Notes: a model not told the origin generated them from the sequence alone. Numbered from the stretch's first letter, positions 10,699 through 21,900 are shown. The stretch: DNA of 64,000 nt from an uncultured bacterium (GCA_963705505.1 CAVPJU010000005.1:1-64000); one strand, 5' to 3'. Made by a program: numbers and translations.

Positions 10699-11334
10699 AT
10701 GAAACTTATGAATCCGAAGTTTGCTGTTTGTTTCGTAATAGCTTTACTGATGTCGGCGGCTCTGGCTGCCGGGTGCAAGAAGAACGCAACCCAGCAGGCG
10801 AGCGCCCCCGCTCCAGCTCCTGTCTATACCCCCGCTCAGGTGACGAGGGGGGCCGAGCTCGTGAACGAATGGAAGTGCAACTACTGCCATACGCCCGAGC
10901 TGAAGGGGCCCGACGGGAAACCGATCCCCAATCCGCAGAGGCTGCTATCGGGACACCCGCAGGACGAGAAAATCCCCGACATCTCCGACATGGTGATCAC
11001 GTCGCCCGAGTTCATGGAGTTCCTCGACAACCTCGAGAACACGGTATGGGCGACTAACGACAAGCTCGTATTCGCCTCGAACCTGACGCCGGATATCGCG
11101 ACGGGTATAGGGTCGTGGAACGAAACCCAGTTCCTCGAGACGCTGAGATCGGGGATACACATGGGACTCGGCAGGAGGATACTCTATCCGATGCCGTGGC
11201 AGGAGTTGGCGCAGCTTCCCGACGGCGACCTCATATCGATCTTCGCGTATCTGCGGACGATAGACCCGGTGAGCAACAAGGTCCCGCCCGCGATCGTGCT
11301 GATGAGATGGAGAGGGATGCGAAGTGCGGCATGA
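10699..11334 (+). CDS. c-type cytochrome lipoprotein
   Basis: LAAGC lipobox, CNYCHTP, ASNLTPD..TGIGSW, MPW. Confidence 0.85.
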   Translation: MKLMNPKFAVCFVIALLMSAALAAGCKKNATQQASAPAPAPVYTPAQVTRGAELVNEWKCNYCHTPELKGPDGKPIPNPQRLLSGHPQDEKIPDISDMVITSPEFMEFLDNLENTVWATNDKLVFASNLTPDIATGIGSWNETQFLETLRSGIHMGLGRRILYPMPWQELAQLPDGDLISIFAYLRTIDPVSNKVPPAIVLMRWRGMRSAA

Positions 11335-11524
11335 TGCACTTCGCGACCCTTCGACTGCACACTTCGTAAGCGCTCAGGGTGAACGGGTTTACAAGGTTGA
11401 TTGTCTCACCTCATTTCAATGCGCTTGCAATGACAAAGAAAAGGCAAAGCACACATGCTGAAGCAGATTCAGCGCAACACAATTGAGATTGCTGCTGTTG
11501 ATTTGCTGCCTCATAAAGAAAAAG

Positions 11525-11810
11525 CAAAGGCAAAGATAGTTTCTTCTTTTCCTTGATGAAAAGAAGCAAAAATCACACACATAGTGTGGTCTCTCGAAAA
11601 GACAGCACAGAATTGGCTAAAAATCCCTCGTTAACGCTAAAATGTTTTAATTCCACCCCAATTAGTATTAAGGCTTAGCGAAGCAAGACTCATGACATTA
11701 TTGCATTTAGCGAATGGCGTCCGATTCCTTGCTTGCTCGGGATCGTCCCCTAAAACATTTTTCGTGCGTTAACGAGTGATTTTCTTAACGCAAATTCTGT
11801 AATGTCGGGG
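11525..11810 (+). repeat. Composite element, copy 4, with a single cassette (11659-11747) in the apex loop
   Basis: Arms TTAACGC/GCGTTAA and TGTTTTA/TAAAACA flank CAATTAGTATTAAGG..GGCGTCCGATTCCTTGCTTGCTCGGGATCGTC. Confidence 0.9.
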
Positions 11811-12051
11811 GAAAAGGCTTTCTGAATTGATAGGACTAAGGTAACCCCCCACCCAAACCCTCCCCCCTTGATAATTGGGGAGGGAATTTTATGTGCGGGC
11901 GCTTGCCCGCCGCCAATTCTGTGATGTCGGGGAAAAGAAAAGGCGGGATTGCCGCGCTTACTGCACGCAATGACGAATGTGAGTGGTTCGATGGGGATTG
12001 TCGTTTGACGGGATTAGGGGGCTCGGAACTCCAGCGGAATTTGAGGGTGCG

Positions 12052-12694
12052 TTACTGCGCGGGGGAGCAGCGGAACTGGCGGAGGGAGGATTCCTTTCCG
12101 GTCCTGAGGTCAAGACGACATCTTCTCCTCGTAGATTATGTTGAGGCCCTGCTTCTTCCATTCGGACGCGGCGGGGCACGGTATCTTTTCGAGCGCGCCC
12201 GTCACCTCGTCCCTCGTCTCGTAATATGTCAGGACTCCGTGCTCGATCCTGGCGCCGGAGTACCTTAGCGCGAGGAGCGGGAACTTTTTCTCCATAATGT
12301 CGAATACCGAGAGCGTCCGGTATGAAGGGCCCGTACCCTGGTCTATGAACAGGTAGTTCCCGGAAATGCCGCCGAAGAAGTTCTCTCCGCCGGACTCGCC
12401 GGAAGGGATCGAGAAATATTTCTCGCCCTTGCCGGCTCCGCAGGGGTCTCCGGGAGGGGAGGGCGGCTTGTAAATATGGATGTCCTGGCCCGGAAAGTCC
12501 GCGTTCTGTATCACATATATCGTATATTCCTTATAGACATAAGCCGCGCCGTCGGGGCAGTTCGTTACCGCGGGCTTGTCAGTCCCCGGCAGGAGGGAAA
12601 CCGACGGGTGCGCGGGGGGTTCTTGCCCTATGGCAGCGGTGACGGCGGCCATGATGATGACGACGAGGGTAGCCGTGAATAGTGCGTTTCGCAT
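12052..12694 (-). CDS. Hypothetical secreted protein; apparent +1 frameshift near 12115
   Basis: Signal peptide MRNALFTATLVVIIMAAVTAA; an adjacent frame continues LDLRTGKESSLRQFRCSPAQ to a stop at 12052. Confidence 0.65.
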
Positions 12695-12829
12695 GGGGGA
12701 ATTATACACGCGTGGTGCGGAAGGGGAAAAGAGCGCAGGTTTTGAGTCTTACTCTCTGTTCATATTTGGTTGCAAAAATTCATCAAAAATCGTATAATGA
12801 ATTTAATTAATTCTTTGAGGAGGATGAAT

Positions 12830-13368
12830 ATGACTAACCGTGTATTACCGAATTTATACTTTTCTTTATTGCATGGTTTCCGGTTTTCTGGCTTTATCGG
12901 CACGGGCGGGTTTTTTAGATATCCCCGACGGTGATTGTGCATTTGGCATTATAAAATCTGCACCTCAGACTGATTCCTCTCTACCTTTTGAGTTCACCCA
13001 GGCGGTGAACGGGGTCGAATCCGAAATCACCGTGTTCTCGAATACGTTGACGCCGCCCGATTTCGTATTCGTGAGCGACGGAGGCACCGTAAGCTACACG
13101 GAATTGCCTCAGGAAGGGTGGACGCTCGAGGACATTCGAGTGCGTCGAGGGAGCAGGCGTTGATATTACGAAGACCGAGGACAGCGTGACTTTCGAATGC
13201 GTCCAACCAAGCGGACAATTTTCTGCTGCGTTCTGCTTCTTCGAGAATAGAGTATCAGCCGACAAGATACCCACGCTTTCCGAGTGGGGGATGATAACTG
13301 CGGCGGCAGGGTTGGGCTTGATCGGAGTGTTCTTCGCGGTGAGAAGGCGGAAATCGCTTAGCGCCTAG
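12830..13368 (+). pseudogene. IPTL-CTERM sorting-domain protein, frameshifted near 12848 and 13137
   Basis: RBS AGGAGG before ATG 12830; C-terminal IPTLSEWGMITAAAGLGLIGVFFAVRRRK; frames join as WTLEDI/ECVEGAGVDITK. Confidence 0.75.
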
Positions 13369-13425
13369 GCAGGAATAAATTTAAGGACGAGACCCTGAAG
13401 CTAGTTCAGGGTGACTAAATATAAC

Positions 13426-13498
13426 AGGCCTCTTCCCTCTGAGCGGGGGGAAGAGGCTTTTTTGTTTGGGGGAGCGGGGGAAGAGGCTTTTTTGTTTT
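13426..13498 (+). terminator. Intrinsic terminator with a tandemly duplicated 3' half
   Basis: GGCCTCTTCCCTCT/GGGGGGAAGAGGCT plus T-run; GAGCGGGGGAAGAGGCTTTTTTGTTT occurs twice. Confidence 0.65.
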
Positions 13499-13622
13499 CG
13501 GGGACAATAATCGGCGGAGGAGCTGGAAAACCTGTACTTACACACTTCCTGTGTGTTGCGTTGGGGCAGGGCGTTACATATAATTTCGTTGGTTTCTATT
13601 TATTTATAAGCGGAGGCAGGAC

Positions 13623-14069
13623 ATGGGATTTATTTCGAGAACTGTATTTTGCGTGTGCGGGGTGATTGTACTGGGTCTCGCGCTCCCGGGCGCATTTGCC
13701 GCGGAGGGCGAGCTATCGATAACGCCGGGGATGTACCGCGTCACGAGCAGTACGAGGTCGAACTACGACACGCAGCCGAGGGAGACGACTATCGACAGGT
13801 GCATTACGTCAAAGAGCCTCGACCCGGATACGATACTCCAGGGGAAGGAGAACTGCGAGATAGACAACGTCGTGAAGTCGGGCGCGAGTGCGAGCTTCGA
13901 TTTCATGTGCAAGGACCCCCAGAGCGGGAGGAAGCTCGTCGGGCATGCGGAGTACTCGAGCCTGGGGACTTCATTCAGCTTTAAGTTCAAGATCGACAGC
14001 CCTTACGGGGATAAGCATCTCGAGCTTACCTCTCAGGGCACCGCGAGCCGCACCGGGGACTGCAGCTGA
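13623..14069 (+). CDS. DUF3617-like secreted protein
   Basis: Signal peptide, ITPGMY, paired Cys, C-terminal RTGDC. Confidence 0.75.
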   Translation: MGFISRTVFCVCGVIVLGLALPGAFAAEGELSITPGMYRVTSSTRSNYDTQPRETTIDRCITSKSLDPDTILQGKENCEIDNVVKSGASASFDFMCKDPQSGRKLVGHAEYSSLGTSFSFKFKIDSPYGDKHLELTSQGTASRTGDCS

Positions 14070-14303
14070 GGGGCGGTTAAGGGGTCCGATAGCATCCATC
14101 GGCAGCGGTTGCGGGCGAAGCGGTTATAAGATATCGCGGATATATGTTCAATATGTACTATCGGGGTGTATAATTACTCTGCCCGCGCTGCGGAAGGTTC
14201 CGCCCGTGTATGCCAGCGGGGCGGGTTGATTCCGAAAAGAGAATGTAGTAAAATCGACTGTGAGCAAGGGGAGTTAGAAAATCCCGTCAAAGGAGGGTAA
14301 ATC

Positions 14304-14834
14304 ATGGAGAGTAACAAATCAGTGAGGAAGTTCGTTGTCGGCGCTATTTCCTGCGTGTTATTTATAGCTGTGTCGGCTGTCGGCGTTTATGCGCAGACCC
14401 CCGGCAGCAGCGTTTATCCGCAGCCCCCGCCTGCTCCTGCACCGCCAGCTTCGCCGTGCTCATCGCAGGAGGGCATCTCGTGCTCCGAGACGTGCGTGCC
14501 CACCGTCATAGACGTGGAGACGGTCAAGTCGAGCGGAGTCGCGGTATCGGAAGTTTCCGAGAGCCAGCAGGTCAGCATGCTTGCCGGAAGGGCGCTCGAT
14601 TTCAGGGCGCACTGCCCCGCAGGGTCATTCGCGATAGGCGGCGGATATACGATTGTCCCCGAAGGATCGACGATCGATCTCAGGGAGGTCAGGGTTTCTT
14701 CGAGCGTGGCCGACAACACGAACCCGAACGGATGGAACGGATGGAAGGTGTCGGTGTTCAGGAAAGAAGGCGCAGGCTCGCCTGACAATTGTCTGAAGGT
14801 CGAAGTGCGCGCATACTGCGTCCAGGGTCAGTAA
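14304..14834 (+). CDS. Hypothetical secreted Cys-rich protein
   Basis: RBS AGGAGG, signal peptide, Pro-rich linker, CPAGSFAIGGG..AYC. Confidence 0.75.
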   Translation: MESNKSVRKFVVGAISCVLFIAVSAVGVYAQTPGSSVYPQPPPAPAPPASPCSSQEGISCSETCVPTVIDVETVKSSGVAVSEVSESQQVSMLAGRALDFRAHCPAGSFAIGGGYTIVPEGSTIDLREVRVSSSVADNTNPNGWNGWKVSVFRKEGAGSPDNCLKVEVRAYCVQGQ

Positions 14835-14902
14835 AAGACGCGCGGATTGAAGCGGGCGTACCAGCCCGTGTTATTCGAGATACTGTGATATGGAAATGAT
14901 CG

Positions 14903-14945
14903 CTCCCCGCTCCGCCGGAAACGGCGGGACGGGGAGTTTTTTTAT
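14903..14945 (+). terminator. Intrinsic terminator
   Basis: CTCCCCG.TCCGCCG-GAAA-CGGCGGGACGGGGAG followed by a T-run. Confidence 0.75.
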
Positions 14946-15061
14946 TTGGAGGGGAGGGATTGAAGACTAAGATGAAATTGCCGCGGTCGCTTCCGGCTTC
15001 GCCAGTAGGCTACTCCGGGACAAGCCGCTCTCTCGCAAAGACGAAGAAAAAGAAAAGATAA

Positions 15062-15431
15062 TATCTTCTTTTCCTTGATACAAAGAACCAAAAATCACAC
15101 ACATAGTGTGGTCTCTCGAAAAGACGGATAAGAGAGAAGGCAAAAGTATTTTCTTCTTTTCCTTGATGACTCGTCAGGGCGGAGCCTGCCGTAGCCTGGA
15201 AAGAAGCAAAAATCATCCGACAGCACAGAATTTGCTAAAAATCTCTTGTTAACGCTAAAATGTTTCAATTCTACCCCAATTTGTATTAAGGCTTAGCGAA
15301 GCAAGACTCATGACATAATTGCATTTAGCGAATGGCGTCCGATTCCTTGCTTGCTCGGAATCGTCCCATGAAAGATTTATCGACGCCTTAATAATCTATT
15401 TTCTTCACGCCAATTCTGTGAATGTCGGGGA
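15062..15431 (+). repeat. Composite element, copy 5, single cassette (~15277-15365)
   Basis: Same modules; extra insert ACTCGTCAGGGCGGAGCCTGCCGTAGCCTGG after TTGATG. Confidence 0.9.
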
Positions 15432-15645
15432 AAAGACAAAGGCTGGATTCCCGATCGTAGTCGGGAATGACAGGAATATTAATGTACACCCCCACCCGGA
15501 CCCTCCCCCTTTTCTTAAGGGGGAGGGAAATTTATATGTGGGCGCTTGCCCGCCGCTAATTCCGTGAATGTCGGGGAAAAAGACAAGATTCCCGATTAAG
15601 CCATTCGGGATTGATTGGTGTATTGAGGTAAACCCCCACCCGAAC

Positions 15646-15737
15646 TATATTAGCTCAGGCAACCTAGAGCCAGGAGTTAAGGTGTGACGTACTCCTTGTT
15701 GGGGGTGCAACCGATTCCTTACTTGTTCGGAATCGTT
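15646..15737 (+). mobile_element. 92-nt structured cassette, near-identical to 3686-3777
   Basis: Same ends and same host hairpin. Confidence 0.7.
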
Positions 15738-15830
15738 CCCCACTTTAGAAAGGGGGGAGGAAATTAAATTTGATTGTGCAGGTCATGCGGAGGAGCGTCG
15801 CGGCTATCGTAGATGAACGCGATTCGGCGC

Positions 15831-17186
15831 TCAGGATTTGTTATTGCCGAGGTATTTTCCGGCGCGGTATATGAGCTGGTATATGACCGGGACTACCATC
15901 AGCCCGCCGATGAACCAGAGGTCTTTTCTGTTCTCGGGGCTCCGGGCCGTCTGCACAAGCATCACGGCGAGCGCGAAAAAACACACGGCCGCGGCTATTG
16001 CCGGGACGGAGCGCTTGCTGCCTGTCTCCCCGGCGAGCTTCGCGTTCGCTACGTTGACGGTGAGGAATATGACGATGAACCCCGCGCTCGCGGCGGCGGA
16101 TAGGGAGTGGAGGTCGAGGAAATTGGCGATTACGAGCACGAGGAGAGAGATGACGATGAGCCCCGCCGGGTGGCGCCCGCGGTACTGACGCTCGTATATG
16201 GTGGGCGCTTCTTCGACCTTCGCGAGCATGATCGGGAGCTTGGACGCGCCGAAGAGGCCTGCGTTGATGGCTGAGGCAGTGGCGAGTATTGCGCCCACGG
16301 CGAGCAGCACGAAACCCGCCTTGCCCATGAATAATTCAGCAGCGGCGGAGAGCGTGTAGTCGCGCGAGCCCGAGACGGCGTCGAAGCTCATGTGCCCGAG
16401 GACGACGACGATTATCAGCACGTAGAAAACGAGCGCCGTCGCGACGGAGCCGTAGTAGGCGAGGGGGAGGTTCCTCTCTCGGTCTTTCACCTGGTCCGAG
16501 ACGTTTGCGATGAGCTCGAACCCTTCATAGCTCAGGAAGACGAGCATGCCAGCGGCGATTATGCCCGGGGCCGGGACCCATTCGGAGGGGGCCATGCGCG
16601 CGAACGTGAGGCCGCTGCCCGACAGGCCTAGTACGACGAAGACAAAGAGTATGAGCAGCTTGCTAAGGTTGAAGAACCCTTCGGAGCGCTCGACGAGCGC
16701 CGGGCCCGCGAAATTCACAAGCGCGAGGAGGACGATGACGCCCGAGACGAGGACCCTGTGCCAGCGGGCGTATTCAGCGTGCGGGAAGAACGTGGCCGCG
16801 GCGTAATTGGCGAATGCGTACGCGTAAACGGAGAGCAGCACGACGTAGCTCATCACGAGCAGCGTGTTGAGAGAGCCTGTGAAGAAACCGGGGCCGAAAG
16901 CTTTGTTGAGGAACGTCACGGTGCCGCCCTTGCTCGGATACGTGACGGAGAGCCTGACGTATGAGTAGGCTGTGAGGAGCGCGACTACGCCGCCTATGAG
17001 GAACGAGAGGAATGTCGCGCCGCGGGACTCGACTGTAGCGAGCCCGAGCGTGGCGAATATTCCGCCGCCGACTATACCGCCGATGCCGATCGAGAATGCG
17101 CCCAGGAACCCGAGCGCGCTGCTTCCGCCTGAGATATTTTCGTCAGGATTGTCGAGCCGCCGGCGGATGCTCGATAAGAGCGCCAT
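15831..17186 (-). CDS. APC-family amino acid permease
   Basis: IGGIVGGGIF, YPSKGG, FLSYEGFE; about 12 TMs. Confidence 0.9.
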   Translation of the reverse strand: MALLSSIRRRLDNPDENISGGSSALGFLGAFSIGIGGIVGGGIFATLGLATVESRGATFLSFLIGGVVALLTAYSYVRLSVTYPSKGGTVTFLNKAFGPGFFTGSLNTLLVMSYVVLLSVYAYAFANYAAATFFPHAEYARWHRVLVSGVIVLLALVNFAGPALVERSEGFFNLSKLLILFVFVVLGLSGSGLTFARMAPSEWVPAPGIIAAGMLVFLSYEGFELIANVSDQVKDRERNLPLAYYGSVATALVFYVLIIVVVLGHMSFDAVSGSRDYTLSAAAELFMGKAGFVLLAVGAILATASAINAGLFGASKLPIMLAKVEEAPTIYERQYRGRHPAGLIVISLLVLVIANFLDLHSLSAAASAGFIVIFLTVNVANAKLAGETGSKRSVPAIAAAVCFFALAVMLVQTARSPENRKDLWFIGGLMVVPVIYQLIYRAGKYLGNNKS

Positions 17187-17377
17187 AGGAACCTCCGGAA
17201 AACAGTGTCGTGTGATGAGTACTTGAGCGTTCGGTGAACATGGTTCGAATGATTAAATGTATATAACACAGGATTCGGAAAAAGATAGCGGAGGGGAGGG
17301 ATTGAATTACTGGACCCTGAAACGGGTTCAGGGTGACGGATATGAAAAGACAAAGAAAATGAAAAGTTAAAAATGTT

Positions 17378-17675
17378 TTTCTTCTTTTCCTTGATGACTC
17401 GTCAGGGCGGAGCCTGCCGTAGCCTGGAAAGAAGCAAAAATCACACACGTAGTGTGTTTCATGAAAAGACAGCACAGAATTGGCTAAAAAGTGATTATTC
17501 CGGCTAAAATATTTCAATTCCACCTCAATTAGTATTAAGGCTTAGCGAAGCAAGACTCATGACATAATTGCATATAGCGAATGGCGTCCGATTCCTTGCT
17601 TGCTCGGAATCGTCCCGTAAAACATTTTCACGCCATAATAATCACTTTTCTTAACGCCAATTCTGTGAATGTCGG
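17378..17675 (+). repeat. Composite element, copy 6, single cassette (~17526-17614)
   Basis: Same modules. Confidence 0.9.
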
Positions 17676-17850
17676 AAGGGAAAGACTTTCTTGATCGAGC
17701 AATAAAGTAAACCCCCCGCCCAAACCCTCCCCCCTTATAATGGGGGAGGGAATTTTATGCGCGGGCGCTTGCCCGCCGCCGATTCTGTGATGTCGGGGAA
17801 GGAAAAGACCAGGTTGCCGCGACTGCGGCTCGTAAGGCCGCGCTTTTAAT

Positions 17851-17896
17851 TACAATAATACATTGTATGGACAAATGAAGGACAATATATTAAAAT
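17851..17896 (+). promoter_or_regulatory. Sigma70-like promoter with adjacent inverted repeat (candidate antitoxin operator)
   Basis: TACAAT-N5-ATTGTA at 17851-17867; TGGACA-17 nt-TAAAAT. Confidence 0.5.
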
Positions 17897-17923
17897 GTGT
17901 GAATTGCGATTCAGGAGGATGAA

Positions 17924-18145
17924 ATGGGAAAGGATTCGACCATATACATAAGGATAGAGGAGGGGGAGAAGAGGGAGTTCGAGAGGCTCGTCTCGGGTCT
18001 CGGCATGACCCCCTCTCAGGCGGTGAGGATGTTCATAAAGAAGGCGCTTGCGCTCAGGGCCATCCCGTTTAAGGTGGGACTGCCTGAGGAAGGGAAGGGC
18101 GATCCCACCGATGAGAATGAGGACTACGAGAGCCTGTTTACGTAA
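17924..18145 (+). CDS. RelB/DinJ-family antitoxin (orphan)
   Basis: RHH pattern IYIRIEEGEK..LGMTPSQAVRMFI..IPF; RBS AGGAGG. Confidence 0.85.
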   Translation: MGKDSTIYIRIEEGEKREFERLVSGLGMTPSQAVRMFIKKALALRAIPFKVGLPEEGKGDPTDENEDYESLFT

Positions 18146-18309
18146 GGGGCTTTGTTTGCGGCACATCGCTTGACGAGTTTTCGTGCGCAATTCGACCCTT
18201 CGATCCTTCAACGGACACAGGACAGGAAGTTCGATCCTTCGATAGTTCGGCAAGCTCACTGCTCAGTATGAACGGATTAGTATACTGAGGTGCCCCCTCA
18301 TCCTTCACC

Positions 18310-18401
18310 TATTTTGGTTTAGGCGGCATTGAGCCGAGAGTTGAAGTCCTTCGGCGCCTTTGTTGGAAGGGCGTCCAATTGTGCGCTTGCTTGCAATCGT
18401 T
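18310..18401 (+). mobile_element. 92-nt structured cassette in a CCTTCACCT..GGGGAGAAGG hairpin
   Basis: TATTTTGG..GGGCGTCC-AATTG..CAATC-GTT. Confidence 0.7.
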
Positions 18402-18730
18402 CCTCGAAGGGGAGAAGGAATTCTCAAGCAAAGACAAAACGAAAGATTTATAAATTCTCCCTGACACTCTCGTCAGGGAGGAGCCAGCCGGAGCACGGCC
18501 TTTTTCTAAGGAGGGAATGAAAAGATAAAAGATGAGATTTCTCGCCTGCACCTCAAAATGACAAACTTCGGCAGGCTCAGGGCGAACGGGTTAAATGAAA
18601 AATTCACCTTAACCTTTTTTCAGAGCGGGAATCTAGGCAATTAAGAGCGAGTTAATCTCGTTGAAATCGAGGGGCATCTAAACTATACTTTTGAAGGACG
18701 AATATAATTTATGACGGAGGAAGTTTCGAT

Positions 18731-19177
18731 ATGAAATTCACACGGACGCTGACACTTGTTATGATTCTCATTGCCGGGGCGGCTGCGGGCGCGCGGGCGC
18801 AGGACGCGACACTCAATGTGACTCCGGGGAAGTATATGATCAAAAAGGAGACGAGCTCCAACGTGAAGCCCGAGCCCGTAGTAAAGACCGAGGAGAAATG
18901 TATTTCAGAACCGGTGTTTAAACCCGAAGACGCCCTCCCGGACAAGGAGAGCTGCTCGGTAAGCAACGTGAAGAAGAACGGCAATACTCTTACATTCGAT
19001 ATTGATTGCAAGGGGGGTTCTCAGACGCTCCCCATGAAAGGGACCGCCGAGTATAGCACGACAAGCTCCACAATAAGCTGGAGCATAACTCTGAAGGGCG
19101 AGATGCAGGGCAATGAGGTAACGATCAACAGCAAGGCCTCAGGGAAGCGCATGGGGGACTGTCACGAGGCTACTTAA
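18731..19177 (+). CDS. DUF3617-like secreted protein (paralog of 13623-14069)
   Basis: Signal peptide, VTPGKY, C-terminal KRMGDC. Confidence 0.75.
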   Translation: MKFTRTLTLVMILIAGAAAGARAQDATLNVTPGKYMIKKETSSNVKPEPVVKTEEKCISEPVFKPEDALPDKESCSVSNVKKNGNTLTFDIDCKGGSQTLPMKGTAEYSTTSSTISWSITLKGEMQGNEVTINSKASGKRMGDCHEAT

Positions 19178-19245
19178 TCCGGGCGGAGCCGTGTTGTTGT
19201 GATGGGGCCCGGTACGGAGCCGGCTGCGGGCGCGGGGTGGAGCTG

Positions 19246-20262
19246 TCAAGGGGTAGGAGACGGCGCGTAACTGATGTCGAGGGGCTTTGCGACTTCAGGA
19301 CTTCTTACCTTCCAAATCCATCCGTCGTAAATAAAGTGCAGGAACGAAGAGCCCGTGATATATATCGCGAACGCGTTTTCGTTGTATTTAATCCCCAGAT
19401 AGCAGATACCCGCGAGAGCGACCGAGAACGCTCCGCTGTAAATCCATTGTTTCCTCGATACCCTTGAGAAAAGGCTCGTAGTTTCGGGTTTTCTGGTATA
19501 TTTCGAGCTCACGAATACGTTTACGAACGCTATGTATTCGAGCGCGTGTGAAAATCCGAACACTACGTATCCTATCACGAGGTCATAGAGGAAGATCGAG
19601 TATAACAAAAGCACTGATAATACGAAAAGGTTTTTGGGCAGGCTGATCTTATCGCGGTTTTTAAACTCCTCGGCGATATAGGCTACGGTAAAGTATATGG
19701 CGACAGCGAGAGCCGCGTAGGAGACGAGCGTGAATATGGGGAAATATTTCCCGACAGCGTCTATGAGGAACTGGCCGGCCTGGTATTGATCGAGAACCCC
19801 CGCGTTCTTTTCCCCGAGGGCGAAGAAAAGGTATATGAGCCAGGAGTATATTATCCCTTTATCGATCCACGCCTTCCCGTAGCCCGCTTTCCGGGAATAG
19901 ATCCTCGTAAACCCGTACTTCTGCGCAATCGTGTGGTATATGGTCCAGACGACGGATATGACCAGCAGGAGCTTGAATACCCCGGCTACAATGGATATCA
20001 GGGTTATGAGGGCGAACGCCGCGGGCATGAGGATATAACTCCTCTTCCTTTTTTCGAATTCCTCTTTCTGCCCGTAAACGAGGGCGAAAGTATAATGCCG
20101 GTGTACGAAATTGAACAGCAGGACCACTATAATGAGCGCATCGGTATATTGCCGGAATGTCAGGAACGCGAGGAAAACTATTATCCAGCCGTATGAGAAA
20201 TACGTGAGGTCGAAACGCGGGCTCTGAATCCAGTATTTAATAGGCGGTGCCAATGTACTCAT
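19246..20262 (-). CDS. Uncharacterised polytopic membrane protein with His motifs
   Basis: Many TMs; HRHYT, HTIAQKYG, HALEY, HFIYDGWIWK. Confidence 0.7.
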   Translation of the reverse strand: MSTLAPPIKYWIQSPRFDLTYFSYGWIIVFLAFLTFRQYTDALIIVVLLFNFVHRHYTFALVYGQKEEFEKRKRSYILMPAAFALITLISIVAGVFKLLLVISVVWTIYHTIAQKYGFTRIYSRKAGYGKAWIDKGIIYSWLIYLFFALGEKNAGVLDQYQAGQFLIDAVGKYFPIFTLVSYAALAVAIYFTVAYIAEEFKNRDKISLPKNLFVLSVLLLYSIFLYDLVIGYVVFGFSHALEYIAFVNVFVSSKYTRKPETTSLFSRVSRKQWIYSGAFSVALAGICYLGIKYNENAFAIYITGSSFLHFIYDGWIWKVRSPEVAKPLDISYAPSPTP

Positions 20263-20473
20263 ATCAGGGTTTGTTCAAGCACTCCTATCGAGTCCGGGGA
20301 AAGGACTCAACTACCTTATATATAACATAAAAATTTTCACCCTGCAAAGAAAATTAACGGAGAGAACGTAGGGGGCGGCGGCGGATTATAAGAGGCTCAG
20401 ATTTCTCGCGCGGCGAGACGAGCAAGAGACTCAGGGTGTGCGGGCCGGGGTTCGTAGAAACACACAATGTGTG

Positions 20474-20746
20474 TTAATTACAGATGGTGTATTTCGTGCA
20501 GAGGATGTTTCTGTAATAGCGGCTGACAAAGCTCTGGTCGGTGAAAACCGGGGGCTTGAGGTATGCGACTGTGGTCCGTGCGGACGAGGCCGGTTCCTTG
20601 CCGTCTGCGGGTATGACGTATATGTACGAGATGCTGTTGTTCGGGTAGGCGGTATAGACTATGACCTGATCGGCCGTTTCCATTGCCTGTGCCAGGACCG
20701 GAACCGACAACAATCCAATTATCAATATTAATATTAATTTCTTCAT
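20474..20746 (-). CDS. Small hypothetical secreted protein
   Basis: Signal peptide MKKLILILIIGLLSVPVLA. Confidence 0.6.
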   Translation of the reverse strand: MKKLILILIIGLLSVPVLAQAMETADQVIVYTAYPNNSISYIYVIPADGKEPASSARTTVAYLKPPVFTDQSFVSRYYRNILCTKYTICN

Positions 20747-20962
20747 AACCCTATCCCTAAACAAATACCCCTTTTCAATTATTGTCAATATCTCACTAAA
20801 TATTACGGCGCAAAATTGTAAACGGATTCAAAATAATTGTTACCTGGGGGGTATATTCGCCCGCATCCCGGACTTCCCCGCTCCCAATGGGAATGAAATA
20901 CTATCAGTCGGAGGAGAAGCGCGGAAACCGTATATGACCGCAGATTCTATGTTTTTTAGGTT

Positions 20963-21694
20963 TTACTCGTACTTAAAGACCGTGTAGAGATCGGTGGGGT
21001 CGGTATAGACTTCTTCGGCTGTGCCGAAGCCCGCTTCCCTGCCGAGGCGTATCCATTCGGAGGGCTGCTCCGGAATGTCCGATTTCTTAACGTGGTCAAA
21101 GACGATGCCGAGCTCTTCGGGCGTGAGGTCGATCCACGTACGCTTTACGATTCCGCTGAACCTGTCGAAGTACGTGGTCCTGTCCTCGCCTTCCGTGAGC
21201 GTGGGCTCGAATATGAGGAAGACTCCGTCTTTGGGGAGTGTTTTTCTCACCTTCGCCATGAACCTCCCCTTTTCTTCAGTCTCCAGGTGGTGGACTGACA
21301 ACCCGACCCAGACGACGTCGGGCTGCGTTTCCATGTACGTGTCGAACTGCTCGAAGTCGCCGGTGATGAGGCTGTGTTTCGCCGGGAGTCTTTCGAGCTC
21401 CTTCTCGGCGAGCTCGAGCGCCCATTCGGAAAGGTCGATGCCCGTGTATTCGCGGACTTTGGTATCGCGGAGACAGCGAGAGGAGAAATAGGCGTCCCCG
21501 CACGCGAGGTCGGCGAAAGAGAAGGGGCGGTCGATTTCGGAGTTCAGTATATCGCGGAGCCTCCCGTATGCGGCTTTGTGGGACATGTAGTCGTGCTCGA
21601 GCACCTTCCTGTATATGTCCCAGTGGCGGCGGAATATTTCCGTTACCTCTTCCTGCGAGTGTCCGTTCTTGAGCGGGTGATGGAATCCCGGCAT
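20963..21694 (-). CDS. Class I SAM-dependent methyltransferase
   Basis: DLACGD, YTGIDLS, LSVHHL. Confidence 0.9.
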   Translation of the reverse strand: MPGFHHPLKNGHSQEEVTEIFRRHWDIYRKVLEHDYMSHKAAYGRLRDILNSEIDRPFSFADLACGDAYFSSRCLRDTKVREYTGIDLSEWALELAEKELERLPAKHSLITGDFEQFDTYMETQPDVVWVGLSVHHLETEEKGRFMAKVRKTLPKDGVFLIFEPTLTEGEDRTTYFDRFSGIVKRTWIDLTPEELGIVFDHVKKSDIPEQPSEWIRLGREAGFGTAEEVYTDPTDLYTVFKYE

Positions 21695-21900
21695 TTGTGA
21701 GTCCTCCGTGTGAATTTCACGTAATAATACTGCCGGTCGGTGAGGAGGGGAAGGGGATTGATAATGTTCGGGGTTTATTCGTCCTTCGATCCTTCGACTT
21801 CGCTCAGGACAGGCTCATTGCTCAGGACGAACGGGTTAAAGACGAGATTGCCGCGCGTCGTTTCACTGCGCTCGCAAGGACGAAAAAAAATGGAAAAATA

